Source: Planctomycetaceae bacterium
Lineage (GTDB): Bacteria; Planctomycetota; Planctomycetia; Planctomycetales; Planctomycetaceae
Length of the DNA stretch: 64,000 bases
Direction: 5' to 3'
Assembly (NCBI GenBank): GCA_046156195.1
Contig: JBJXEX010000429.1
Span: 6,882-70,881, forward strand
Both the position numbers and the translations under genes were made by a program. Under the pieces are notes generated by a model. The model was not told the DNA's origin. It made no database searches and was given only the letters and a program-made list of their open reading frames with translations. Shown here in pieces: positions 23,501 to 26,394 of this stretch. How positions within the stretch are numbered: the first letter of the stretch is position 1; every line of letters begins with the position of its first letter.

Positions 23501-23678
23501 AGACCAACCCCGGCCCGATCGTCATTACGCAGCGCTCTTCCAGCGACTCGGCCTGAGCACCGACGACAACGGGGCCGCGTAGCATTTTCGCGTGCTGTTG
23601 TGGGGTGAGTCGTTTCTGGCGGCGTTTCGGAAAGCGGATTTTTCGGGAAAGAGTGCGCAACCAAGGAGTGAAGAACAT
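1..23678 (-). CDS. Giant secreted multidomain protein, truncated at its 3' end by the window edge (>7,892 codons). Order: basic N-terminal leader with ESLEER motif, PPC-like domain, M10/metzincin domain, beta-helix modules, cadherin-like tandem modules, C-terminal RTX-type Ca-binding repeats
   Basis: Absent from the ORF track because there is no stop inside the window. ATG at 23678 (minus) is preceded by AGAGG. Hand translation gives MFFTPWLRTLSRKIRFPKRRQKRLTPQQHAKMLRGPVVVGAQAESLEERCVMTIGPGLVSV... The same frame (top base of each codon = 2 mod 3) gave sensible protein at every point I hand-translated: 23678, 22079, 21419, 20954, 19559, 17957, 17474, 12719, 10175, 7439, 629 and 98. The track lists no complete minus-strand ORF longer than 142 aa in 1-23700, as expected if this frame stays open to the edge. 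Confidence 0.85.
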   Translation of the reverse strand, partial: MFFTPWLRTLSRKIRFPKRRQKRLTPQQHAKMLRGPVVVGAQAESLEERCVMTIGPGLVSVTPNIGLFLNPTGTDIRTDAPRELTFQFSPGQAIDTSTLGTSSTPGGIQIFRSGQDGGFNFSKATSAAIDFGPADFTFTATRVGTEGNRIQLHVLSGNVGTAVPDIRRVGDNIFITLNNQVGVETTAQHLLDALAADTDASGLVTATFTGASGQALTVPASAVISLGGANDTSQQLLLPAYIDRLSAAEPNKVIYRFAQTTPDDHYLIEVHGADVRAHAFSDFGTSGAVWLGFEAVASGPGQDVAVSFLTNPAAATAIPLVATNVAMRTVTITLSSNAANLTTANGLVTALSANALIRANLMSLTATGITPIVTAGATTATPATLSLSNSSAAPAIRSGANFFGDGVDDQLQFELDLAAQVISVVPQPVTRLPSGALSQASDQIQVYFNNDDLIDTSIAAENPAFYQLYDTKGTADATDDTIALPMSVAYDPTQDLATLTFASAIPTGTFRLQIGTSPEDDSTRGNAVQLGTLFAGAPAYTTTAFLGDDGNRQNDVDLYEFKLFAGGTITAAVTPVGGVTGNDTYLRLFNNSGTELQFANGVGNGTVDTLTSAVLDAGTYFIGVSSSGNNVYDSGASPTSTPVLGTTTGSYRLDINVPTSVTTQLSLTNNSLSSTTFFVSPADAARLPVVDALATTVDFTIQIGTEQMGVTHVNVPTGALTVVRGLLSGGAPSVHSAGDIVTVIQNADDNSSYDFATNVGELGNASRSLTGAITPQSWVTLPAFPGDDGEPGHRDVPAENHGSSAGALGVRTFGFPGTYSGGLPNLITEGQKELTRQILELFSRHSGIRFQEVAESLGPSIQMISGDLTVIGIPNTVPGVASGGQVLMNFAALGGDDIYQGGWFGVAIHELGHAVGLGHAYDLHAFMGGGTVTETPGGEHDYVHLNRIYPNHSTDIDLYKFSLTETGYFTAEVNSQRQTPSSPLDSALTLFRDPYATANSSFGTTGPGAVDVKFTARSAGVLGNDLNVVVTSSDHLGALNGVPTVTVTGHQINVDVDTTGTTVQAVVNAINAHPTARLLLQASFTGTATTNVGGVMSPTTIELVGGNREVISRNDDYNGHDSFIGVELSAGTYYVGVSASGNTAYDPTVSDTGFGGQTQGTYDLQLNFRASAPASQLTDSDNQSNPAASATAQTTGFDGDADGNAGGQFNFWFQTGNTIFVDKTTTASQAFPTVGSLANPYDDIDSAVRRAASRIVVPVNGPADINDGDLFVLDDGINDTRVFEFDKLGGATPVIGSNARIDLTAAMTVADVVNAITAAINTEIVADSLSNTVAVTSNTAAGLIDLTNIKSLDVKGTHGLLTASNIIRIVGNGGADGNLATEADATPYLIGVDNTPQKNPLADGTNLDVPQGVTLMIDAGAVFKLQEANIDVGTSIQGLDRQDGALQVLGTPGVEVFFTTFRNDAIGGDTDAASGGPVAGQWGGLVFRTDSDMNDNVQGDRDGADIFLNSVFHADLSYGGGQVVVNSVPDLVFTPIHIIDERPTIAFNRITNSNDAAISASPNSFEDTFDRIGPDVHGNTVTNNSVNGLFIRIETFPDQTIDKLATLARFDDTDITHVLTENLFLVGHAAGPLVTNEVQELEMLGKATGGNFTLTYNGPTFAPSASTSLPLAIGVGTSQLAENAIITTTVNTSQITTLTQTSFNVLNAGALGTDDGIVGTIDYIIRLDNEDMAVTHRVSNTLTVIRGFNNTTRAQHLALGRTVSVVSIEVTNAADLGAVDALGSSTDYIIQINGEQMAVTNATGNILTVVRGFNGTTAALHTTAMGMVRQRTIQVANSSALPTVDTDINTVDFNIAIGGIAGEQLAVTDITGNQVWVIRGINDTVAAPHAGGSAVNLATTTISLSPTASDVEIQNALERLNGIGDGNVLVTGGPFPQASISIEFVNKLGSLDILPLTVDNDPAPTAGASPLVGGAVRLNPVTKGGDLLARLGGRLTIDPGVVLKVRNARIEGERGSPLLIAEGTAENPVIFTSLKDDRFGGASGTFDSSSDGYIANPNPTTGTFTASPVSNQPGRGDWGGVIFNLGGQASFDYAQFSYAGGSVPIEGTSANFNTLEFHEADLRLTNSVFQFNASGQTGSTRNGRGNNDGATVFIRGAQPVIVDNVFQNNDGSVISIDVNSLLDVNVTDLGRSTGRSDSFTQFASNQGPLVRLNRMDNDITGFNGTLGMEIRAGEIIGQGVWDDTDIVHVIQSGRISVDNFHTATGLRLQSATDASLVVKLGQNAGFEIGRADKDGDGLLESNGDDGPLDIDDRIGGTLHILGAPGFPVVLTSVFDDTYGASLDPTGFPQFDTNNDGSTIPSVAQYWSEILIDKYANDRNVVLVNEFEGAVTNGNDLNGTLTGSSNNTSQFLGELAPNNKSADENRRSGFEIHGSIAEDDPTDVDIYSFKGEANTEVWLDIDEVNPNLNTIIEFLSSTGTILARSEDNNTLTPTGVTPLTIQKLPTLGGDFFATTSNEGGMRLFLNGTAGTTSTYFVRVRSTPFNGRSVLENNIEDTNGGLTSGEYQLQIRLRQNDEVPGVMVKFADIRYAQNGIHVQGLPYHSPLTGQVTEVGTNDATNNNATPTTAVQLGNLLQSERNNFSVGGNLTGQGDVDFYKFHIDYAKIQEIQGVNGGGKPWATIIDLDWADGFNRPDTTFAVFTDAGELVYVGRESNVADDQAAPGQLGGDVDDLSRGSGGVLDPFIGTAIFPEFSSYGPDSISPTFYYLAVVNNGRLPQAMNAYFLDTASLANTRVRLEPVNSVVRVAEDHIGFTGYTSNGNARTPISGPLLDITDTSTLSTHVRPFSFADVKLFVTQANNLFAVNPLTGTQTIDYGGLSGNTGTQDIVMRSNGVLYGYQQLDSNTGENGSQGNATAGQLVTLDTGTGTAVTVVGPDNIISGLNGSTIAFNGNANEITHTDNVEALTFRRNGPSAGEYWSLFYSVTEGSNSKLYRGNSDTGDARDVNSNNSNLGFVGEIQLAGVTTASASISNLNFYSTRPGVTGGFTVIINKADITNGQESVSVAGTTITVQTDTNPNTSQATIANLINNNGAASALISARVNANGGDVSAIANGATAIGVGTGTALNAHVTGLAYAATAAQVTAGVSGFRGSQLYGVTDTGLLLRINDATGQATVVRDFAPLGFPNFQGLSIGPQNVSDGSVNRAFHNTLFAITSTGTLVALDINGNGVTAFDTNNEVQEIHVDPASVAPTAGTFTLTFDDTGLGAVGRPLTTDPIAFNAPGSVSRNEVQTFDTGLTPSYGGTFTLTYVDDFAEISSVVDGFDDQLTTTSFQVDNDDDTFAFPATPFLIQVGGEIMRVTNSVPGATFATFTVERAVNGTAPEIHGSDANVFQLRTSNLATSLSNTVATTTVTVLINNLAGSTTLTVNDTTAFGAVNDVVTLRVDNELMLATIVDGTTFTVTRGFAATNLAQHSVNTVVTRVDATLDLQDTTVTTAFPSVATPAAPFRVRIGSEDFLVVGVTQMGVTPTTTTWNLIRGANRTTIATHNPGDVISRIQTTSGIQFNANASGASSVQSALTALAPLAGRVTVTGGPVSQTISTPAVVTFSTNDSFGWRDVPTLTIDTSELIGDEQQRLVLTPNPAFTGSGDVTLSFGGNTTGSLNISTATALDVQNALEALPSIGAGNVVVTGAGPLLNTGYTVTFIGTLQDQDVALIAVNNAGVSNNERQQLNFTGAPTGGGFTLRFGAAGPVTPTITYSATALTMEANLKAGLDSLVATVRGVGSSVTVTQTATDQYAIVFNGGNAADFDFAALQIVANSLAPAGASLTVATLENGNQGVTATETRRGLDVLMAPTITETIKGVQSVEDHLENLLSIANNNVIVTGGDLPGTVSPATPVRVTFAGGPYANQDVNLMTLNPTGLVTGVYEVATTGTIGDGTPDNFSIATGINNPTGLAFSALDFNLWHPTERRGAPDNPGHGINESFDDTRRPDMEGRMVTGGTDTRIQVEQQGGASFYFGLEEYRGDGANTNYFNYSTLSADGDVQYGIFDDEFQRDLASNPAIGSNYNLPGGAYGSLSTNTVNLSAYAASDKPTLYFNYFLDTPNVQAAAGTQVMRDSARVFASGNGGATWELIATNNQALESELPQFLSHSSTQDYGLATNLQQVQELFDTSAWRQARVDLSRYAGLANVAFRFDFSTFGKIGDSSLIGANNGEDLGQLTDNDGADADQGGDLNTDEGFYIDDIIVGFAERGELVTGTRGFNETDFDDLYSGGFAGGRANIDNSPDTPLASMFLTTTGAYQFEIRRGTEYGNQVDQDDDEVSIGFELDTNDRLVIDEVSIAPPVVETFDIPDEFNPDALQFASPFPSSAAWFKSNVASQSPTTSFRSGVLTAQFQQSIAQLTNFATGTGNLVYYARVDGAIGNTLQFFDGGTLLATTPATGATSPVFVAVSVPVTAGTHNFQWIYSKNVAGVVGDDAAFIDSISIPGSPANAPARLGDDNIEREQGMVIIEGNFIRDVSGTGIIVEEGRRDVYAAGAPSNFPYPGSIRQFPVLNTNRWVTHASIVNNVVANFGAVGIEFSGYQNDNTDTLTNAAVPIGKILNNTVYGGATRTGTGILIRNTVSPTLLNNLVANTVTGVSVDASSAAAGTEVQTTYFNNNTTDITGATNNDGQNLTSANTAGSPLFVNAATGNFYLAASVLPGSPNLAIDSSLNTLQARAPYTQITTQLGIPQQDLFAPDIDRFGQTRKDDNGTPNAGGGANIFKDRGAIDRVDPNGPTATLIVPQDNGTTVLSETATLTDLNNAANSVTVDLPTDGTVLLTEFQISLLDVGGVGVDNASVTAGAFTKDSGGSLLSHNRLVNVTRNGVPFEDYQLAYNSNTKRLILTSLTTFEPDSIYNVFLNRGQENERQRLGMAGIPIAGNFTLTFDQPGASSTLLTTIDSSTLTLTIDPARVQGTFAPGLYAAGTYILRVDDELMDVATIVGNNITIRAGGRGFGGTTAAAHQSGVDMFQILSSETTPAMGVGALPYNATAGQIQTALENLTAIVAGDVLVTGGPLSVTGTFADLEFRGAYAARPVPQLRITSSLTPSTSASVSMSTLVDGNLFGTSGGIRDIAGNRLQPNQLNGTSAFTITITDGANDPPVIGIPGIQTTAEETPLTFSAAFNNVITISDPDAFLNPTGDLQVSLSTLGGAIVSGTLTLPGTPAALGLTTGFVGEDYDGSNGTLVIRGTLAEINAALNGLIYTPTTDFVNPNGDGIANPVTGFDDMRLTIDVNDLGNFWIDPTPPITSPAPKDAITQVVLFRVTEVNDAPNFTYDAPTFNVLEGTSAAAIATAGLGFVNPFGGPATADDEVNQTLTFAVSITSGAALFAVGGQPTINSGGNLTFTLADTDVNGSAVISIVATDNGTTNGVAAPRTFTQSLTINVTAVDDAPTFQILSPVINVNEDASGLVPTLQTVAGFAFNFNDRDPGATEIQTIVSYNVTVTSGAALLNGTPVINTATGNLTYLLAQNANGTVTVDVTVTDTGSSTAPSQNTSSPALTFTIQIAPINDEPTFTLTSTSTMIVEDTVGTQTISNLVTSILEGPADEVVPQTVTMTASTLITFGNLIFTTPPTLVANGANFDLIYAIQGNTSGIATVTITATDDGTASPSPHDNVSSQTFTINVTEVPDPPVANNDLYVVPYDPALALGVALFSPTAGLVNGTITTTDARGTVTPAEPFDNGVLANDTDNDVGSSLNTAVVVANGAIGTLVFEAAPVVPGTGGRFTYSINAGSHPTLMDTDTITYNAFDDTGTSSTSPGTVTIQLNRAPVINNQTRTLAENSVALTALTGGAIVGSDTGAFFNGFTFSITGGNTGNTFAIDANTGVITVADPTLLNFEVTPQFNLMVRVTDNAPAIARLADEATVTINLVDIVENMIVNPADFVAAAAHDITLKIDTDNRLHVYRTGSTVDLVPAHNPNTVNQVVITAENGFSNKLTIDYNGSVSLSDASPIPFGNPVSTTGVVFDGGSGLGSDTLELINGTVTSVTHNFFTSSSGTVVVVDDFPAAGSSHTVSYVGLEPILDTLTATNRTFNFSGVNDDVTLVASGTAGRNVISTPVASPTSEIVTFTNPVAGGSLTINTGDGTDTLRLTSVDGGFAATVVVTVNGGSAPVGTFDSLFGRVSAVNAFAITTANDTGTLTNGTLVTNFASFENLTGGTGNDSFRLGEVAGVAFGVTGRIDAGTGSSDSLSYQPYTAANAATVNLMTGSATNVFGGAVGGITGIDSVVGGAGNDTLIGHNLVNGWSVTAAQTGSLVNTNGTFSFAAVETLIGGTGTDTLTGPNLVLANDWNLTGPAAGTGNITGVISFQSMENLAGNANTDTFRFTGGSVSGTVSGGSGLDALNYSGVAGPVSVNLSNSSANLINGGLANGFSSIENFTGSASAADTLRGTDSTTLWDITSDNAGTVGTIPFASFEHLVGGAGQDTFQFADNRVVSGSINGGGGTTDAATFAAYNSAVSVNFSTSIVTVTGPTRTFGISAIESVTGGNSASDSITGHNQVNAWNINAMDAGTLTNTSGAFTFSRFETVNGSASFDDSFTLGASGSLRGSLNGFSGSDKLDLSAIVADRNFLLTGIPDATGYAGSETAITGGYTGINEIVVKNAPSDTLTGITGRDATWELGVLGNPTQYRYIDQSGVALKFSGFERLSAAAGARNNFLVTGNQSFDLVGSTAADLFQLNNGAILSGTVDGMGGNDTLSVTSASSAQTITLTAINASSGSGFDGTLTPSLNSVSSPTFRGIETIVGGNGNDTLVGLPTAPANWTASTTGIYTAAGATLTFSKIDNLNGGSDVDTFNISGSQNVNLNGGGGDDVFNFADGAVLGGSLVGGLGNDTVSFLGSTSVSIALDRFSGIETLIGGSGNDTLTGLITGSTFNVTGSNSGVAGSTVFQSFENLTGSGGADTFAFTDSGSLSGVLDGGLGSDLLNFTAMTGPRDVLLTGTGASDGFDGNESVIGGGFRNINAINGSSSATTDQLTGLDIGSGAVASWTIGATQMYFANGRQLAFSGFDTLTGGTGIDEFTISGARTGSLRGGADSGKDTFTFSLGATLAGGIDGGAGTDTINFSSLTTTVAVALTVNAPDGFGGTATPLLGGGTFENIDTLTGGGSGFDSLTGLDDNAAWEVDGTNRYGNPGPTVDDGTTFLSFSAFENLNGGAFNDVFRMTGAPQTVNLAGNNGDDEFIVEGNGGVNGTIAGGDGTDTLDLSAKLGNQTINISSLSSLENVFANAATSNTLVATATTANIFSIDGTNSGTVGSIGFSGFQNLTGGSSTDDFLFQDGGSISGTINGSGGNDTLNFASATASKAFTLSAVNSLDGFNGSVASAVTSFLSINALVGSSDSNDSVLGFAATATWTSSGSSVNYVATKTINLSNFEKLVGGSLVDTFNISGATDLHTIDGGAGNDIINASAATSTALLFALIGGSGDDNIQGSLGNDDINGGSNTAVISSTVGGDVLLQTADVDQTLTATTLEGFGNDLIAGFEKAILTGGSSGNVIDASGANFNVTLLGLGGDDFLFGGSGNDFLDGGADNDSLSGAAGIDTLDGNAGEMDSVSGGLGNDDLRGGAGLSDVVVEDGFSGTVTVTTTTLTGSLGSDKLTGIEAASLTGGAGNDILNAVGFGTFSATLNGGGGNDVLTGGTGANELNGGDGDDQLTGGTGNDTIDGGNDIDTLIESGNVNMTLTDSDLTGGLGTDSVSNIELAKLTGGTSANTLNASGFSGSVTLVGSSGDDFLTGGSQGDSIDGGAGIDKLFGNDGNDTIRGGTENDQIEGGNDNDDLNGQAGDDKVLGQAGDDTISGELGKDTLEGGADTDRLNEKQTVLSTITTFTLTNSSLTGSLGSDAVKEFELVVLTG
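6250..8270 (-). repeat. Tandem ~120-aa cadherin-like / 'tandem-95'-type Ig-fold modules inside the giant protein
   Basis: Hand translation of 7439-7021 reads FTQSLTINVTAVDDAPTFQILSPVINVNEDASGLVPTLQTVAGFAFNFNDRDPGATEIQTIVSYNVTVTSGAALLNGTPVINTATGNLTYLLAQNANGTVTVDVTVTDTGSSTAPSQNTSSPALTFTIQIAPIN. Module junctions of the (V/I)NDAP / NRAPV / PDPPV / NDPPV kind are seen near 6250, 6650, 7025, 7385, 7745 and 8270. Confidence 0.65.
9780..10180 (-). other. Right-handed parallel beta-helix (PbH1-like) segment of the giant protein
   Basis: In-frame translation from 10175 reads IEREQGMVIIEGNFIRDVSGTGIIVEEGRRDVYAAGAPSNFPYPGSIRQFPVLNTNRWVTHASIVNNVVANFGAVGIEFSGYQNDNTDTLTNAAVPIGKILNNTVYGGATRTGTGILIRNTVSPTLLNNLVA. 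The repeated NNxV/GxGI rungs are typical of the pectate-lyase/NosD-type fold. Confidence 0.55.
12020..12990 (-). repeat. Unnamed repeated modules ending in the motif (V/I)Q(N/S)AL..L..IG.GNV.VTGG
   Basis: Verified in-frame translations: NANASGASSVQSALTALAPLAGRVTVTGGP (12989-12901), GGNTTGSLNISTATALDVQNALEALPSIGAGNVVVTGAGP (12719-12601) and TIKGVQSVEDHLENLLSIANNNVIVTGGDLPGTVS (12104-12001). A fourth copy lies at 17957-17881. Confidence 0.6.
17290..17957 (-). other. GNVxVTGG-type module followed by a beta-helix-type module with a GDWGG motif
   Basis: In-frame translations: ASDVEIQNALERLNGIGDGNVLVTGG (17957-17881) and VSNQPGRGDWGGV (17474-17436). By-eye reading between them gives ...GRLTIDPGVVLKVRNARIEGERGSPLLIAEGTAENPVIFTSLKDDRFGG... 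Confidence 0.5.
19141..19560 (-). other. Second beta-helix-type module with a GQWGG motif (paralogous to 17290-17880)
   Basis: Verified translation: GADGNLATEADATPYLIGVDNTPQKNPLADGTNLDVPQGVTLMIDAGAVFKLQEANIDVGTSIQGLDRQDGALQVLGTPGVEVFFTTFRNDAIGGDTDAASGGPVAGQWGGLVFRTDSDMNDNVQGDRDGADIFLNSVFH. Confidence 0.5.
20880..21200 (-). other. Metzincin (peptidase M10 / serralysin-like) catalytic domain inside the giant protein
   Basis: Verified translation: ...ITEGQKELTRQILELFSRHSGIRFQEVAESLGPSIQMISGDLTVIGIPNTVPGVASGGQVLMNFAALGGDDIYQGGWFGVAIHELGHAVGLGHAYDLHAFMGGGTV. HELGHAVGLGH (20954-20922) is the HExxHxxGxxH zinc signature. Confidence 0.8.
21960..22080 (-). other. Core of a PPC (pre-peptidase C-terminal)-like domain, N-terminal to the metzincin domain
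   Basis: Verified translation: FAGAPAYTTTAFLGDDGNRQNDVDLYEFKLFAGGTITAAV. The D-x-D-x-Y-x-F...G pattern is typical of PPC domains. The full domain extent was not determined. Confidence 0.45.
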
Positions 23679-24068
23679 GGATCACAGCCTCTAAGTTAAG
23701 AGTTGGGCCCGCTGCGATACCGCCAAGAGCAGGAAGGCGAGAGGGAGCACGATAATAATCCAATGAAACCGCTGGCAATGGCCGCATCGAATTTCGTGGT
23801 TATAGAACCCCGCATCGCTCTCAATGGTTCGCAAGAATCGACGATCCCCCCGCTCCGAAGACACGGAGGGCCAAAGTCAAATTTCGGATACCCTGCAACG
23901 CGACCGTTTGTCCGAATTCGTGCGGGACTGCCGACTGCCCAAGATGCCTACCACCGAACCGCCTGGATGCGGGCTGTCGATTGCCGCTCGCAAACCGATT
24001 GCAACGATGCGACCGACAATGTCAGTCGCGAACATCGGATGAGCGTCGCCGTCTGACCAACGGACGTT

Positions 24069-24980
24069 TTACGAACGGAGTTCTTTCACCCGTCGCAATT
24101 CAGCTTCAAGCTCCAGAAGTTGGTTAGCGACAGCCGTCTTCAGACGTTCGTAGCCGGTTTCGGTCAGTTCGCCGCTCGCGTGGAGTTCGTCATAACGGAC
24201 GTCCTGGGCTCGCAGATCGTCCAGACGCTGTTCCAAGTTCTCGATTCGCTCTTCTGTGCGTCCCTGCGTACGTCCTTCCGTGCGTCCTTCCGTGCGTCCT
24301 TCGAGGCGTCCTTCGGCCGTCCATCGGGCTTTGAGTTGTTGGCCCCAAGGGAGTTCTTCGACTTCCGGGAGTTGCGTGACGATCATGGTTTGGATCTCCT
24401 CAAGCGTCTTTTTCAGCCGTTTCATCAGCCAGAAATGGAACACGTTCAACCAGGTGGCACGCTGCGACTCAGTCAATTCCTGAGTCGCTCGTAGATTGTC
24501 GTAATCGTCGGCGGCGGTGGAAGTCAATTCGGCCTCGGTGGCGGCGGTCAGCGGGCGCAGAACGCTCAGCAACGGCGAGTTCGGATCGGTTTGCTGAAGT
24601 TGCTCGATCAAATCTGGCAAGTAGCTTACTTGAGGGCAAAACATCCCGCCGTCATCGACCGCCACCGATTCGAAGGTTCGATCCAGATAAATCACATGGC
24701 ACCGCAGCGATTGATGCGGGTGTTGAACTCGGAACAGCCCGCAGCGAACCATCAACTTGGGAAGAAACTGTTTGTCTCGATACCCGTGAAACTCAACGAT
24801 CCGAACCGGTGTGTCATTGTCAGGAGACACCAGCTCAACCACCAGGTCCGTCGATGTCTCCAATTCTTTGAAGGTTTCGGATCGTGCCCGAACCTCGCCG
24901 GGCACCGGCAGCCTCAATAGCAGGTACAGCTCCGCTGGAGCCACCGAGAAAATCTGATTCAATTCCTTGTCGGTATTCAC
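24069..24980 (-). CDS. Rpn-family / DUF2887-type PD-(D/E)XK putative transposase-nuclease with a DUF4351-like C-terminal region and coiled-coil tail
   Basis: Track ORF 24069..25352. From VNTDKELNQIFSVAPAELYLLLRLPVPGE...VRIVEFHGYRDKQFLPKLM...CHVIYLDRTFE the layout matches DUF2887/Rpn proteins, and WGQQLKARWTAEGRLEGRTEG resembles DUF4351. I place the start at GTG 24980. The upstream 124 codons are Arg/Ser-rich and would overlap the neighbouring gene's 3' end. Confidence 0.55.
   Translation of the reverse strand: MNTDKELNQIFSVAPAELYLLLRLPVPGEVRARSETFKELETSTDLVVELVSPDNDTPVRIVEFHGYRDKQFLPKLMVRCGLFRVQHPHQSLRCHVIYLDRTFESVAVDDGGMFCPQVSYLPDLIEQLQQTDPNSPLLSVLRPLTAATEAELTSTAADDYDNLRATQELTESQRATWLNVFHFWLMKRLKKTLEEIQTMIVTQLPEVEELPWGQQLKARWTAEGRLEGRTEGRTEGRTQGRTEERIENLEQRLDDLRAQDVRYDELHASGELTETGYERLKTAVANQLLELEAELRRVKELRS
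24254..24322 (-). repeat. 12-nt in-frame tandem repeat encoding (EGRT)n
   Basis: The plus strand shows cgtcc recurring at 24259, 24271, 24283, 24295 and 24307 (period 12). The protein reads RLEGRTEGRTEGRTQGRTEER. Confidence 0.8.
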
Positions 24981-25143
24981 GCGACACCCCAAATTCACGA
25001 CCTCAGAACTGGCTCGGAGCCTAGGAAACGTCTGCCTTATATCGTTATCGCCGTAGGCGATGTTTTTCTGCAAGATTGTGGCGTGACGCTCCGCGTCGCG
25101 ACTCACGACGCGGAGCGTCGTGCCACATTGCGGCTTCGCCGCG

Positions 25144-26394
25144 CTACGGAGTTCTCCGCCGCAGCGACGCCGGTTGCACGATCTCTGGATTGACTCGGCT
25201 ACCCGCACTCTTTGGCCGAGCGATCGTCGCCGACTCAATGCGTGAGAACGGGCTGGGAGCGAATTCGGATCGGTCACTAGAAAATCCCGCTTGCACCGTC
25301 GAGGCTGGTTCGAGAGGACGACGCAATTCGGGACGGCTGAGATGTGAACCACGCGGCTGACGCGGTTCGTGAGACACGTTGGCCACGGCTCCGATCGACT
25401 CGTTTGGGACCGACGTCGAAGCCAGCGAATCTACGGAGCTTGCTCGGCGTCGCGCTTCAGGAGCCGCGACGGCCTCTCCGCGAGTGGCCACTTCTCCACG
25501 CGGTGCCACGGAATGGCCAGAGGTCGTCGCCGCCAACTCAAGGTCGTTTGGCTTCGGGCGAGAGACCACCGGCTTGCTATCGGGATTCTGCGAACGGACG
25601 ATCGGCGGTGACGTCGTGGCGGCAATCAAATCACCGTCGGGAAGTCGCAGAGACGGACTGCCGGAGATGACCCAAGTGCTCCACTTCGATTCCAGCGCTT
25701 CCACGCTCTCCTCTTCATAGTGCCGCCGCAACGAGGCATCCCAACCCGACACATGAGCGTCCTGCATGAACGCCAGAAACCGGCTCTTGCCACCCTTCTG
25801 GACCAGGAAATCGGCCAGCGAATAGCCCTCGGCATACAACGTCAAGACGTGCTGCATGTTCTTCGGGTATTCGGTGATGCTCAACAACTCGCGCAGCGGA
25901 ATGCGACGTTTGGAGGGCATGACCTCTTCCGCAAGTTTGCGTTGGCGGCCACGTTCCGAGTCCTCTTCCGCGAGCGTTGCGGCTCCTTCATCCGCCCAGC
26001 GTGGCAGCGGGCGACGGAAGTGACAGGCGAAGATCGTGTGACTGACTTCGTGCGGGATCACCGAATCCAGAATCCGTTCGAGCGAGCCTTGGACAGTCAT
26101 GTCCCAGCCATAGACCTCGCCGCCGGCAAATGAAAACGTCGTCGCTCCGCCGGCTCCGAATTGGCCGACCTTCACCCGGACTTGGCACGGCTTGAACCAA
26201 TTCGGCAATTTTTTACCGAGCCATTCCACGGCCAGGTCTTCGCGGCAGCGTTCCGCCGTCTGCGCGACTTTGGCCGCAATCGCGGCGGTCGGCGCTTCGA
26301 CCTCAAAGTTCGGCGTCACATGCTTCGCGCCGAGTCCACTCAACAAAACCAACAATCCAAACCAACGACACAGCACCGCATCCTTGTGGGCCAT
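25144..26394 (-). CDS. Secreted HExxH protein (peptidase-MA/DUF1570-like fold suspected) with a long low-complexity C-terminal tail
   Basis: Track ORF 25144..26454. The second Met (ATG 26394) begins a signal-like MAHKDAVLCRWFGLLVLLSGLGA. HEVSH is encoded at 26052-26038, followed by PRWADEGAATLAE. The last ~150 aa are Ser/Pro/Arg-rich. Confidence 0.6.
   Translation of the reverse strand: MAHKDAVLCRWFGLLVLLSGLGAKHVTPNFEVEAPTAAIAAKVAQTAERCREDLAVEWLGKKLPNWFKPCQVRVKVGQFGAGGATTFSFAGGEVYGWDMTVQGSLERILDSVIPHEVSHTIFACHFRRPLPRWADEGAATLAEEDSERGRQRKLAEEVMPSKRRIPLRELLSITEYPKNMQHVLTLYAEGYSLADFLVQKGGKSRFLAFMQDAHVSGWDASLRRHYEEESVEALESKWSTWVISGSPSLRLPDGDLIAATTSPPIVRSQNPDSKPVVSRPKPNDLELAATTSGHSVAPRGEVATRGEAVAAPEARRRASSVDSLASTSVPNESIGAVANVSHEPRQPRGSHLSRPELRRPLEPASTVQAGFSSDRSEFAPSPFSRIESATIARPKSAGSRVNPEIVQPASLRRRTP

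Noticed and set aside
23679-24068. ORFs in the spacer upstream of the giant gene: a 117-aa plus-strand ORF at 23703-24056, and a 52-aa minus-strand ORF I read by eye (MFATDIVGRIV...).
   Set aside because: They have no motifs, no convincing ribosome-binding site and odd composition. This region is more likely the promoter and 5'-UTR of the giant gene.
24981-25352. N-terminal 124-codon extension of the Rpn-like ORF.
   Set aside because: It is Arg/Ser/Cys-rich and unlike the family N-terminus. It would overlap the 3' end of the neighbouring gene (25144...). The family-like sequence starts at GTG 24980.
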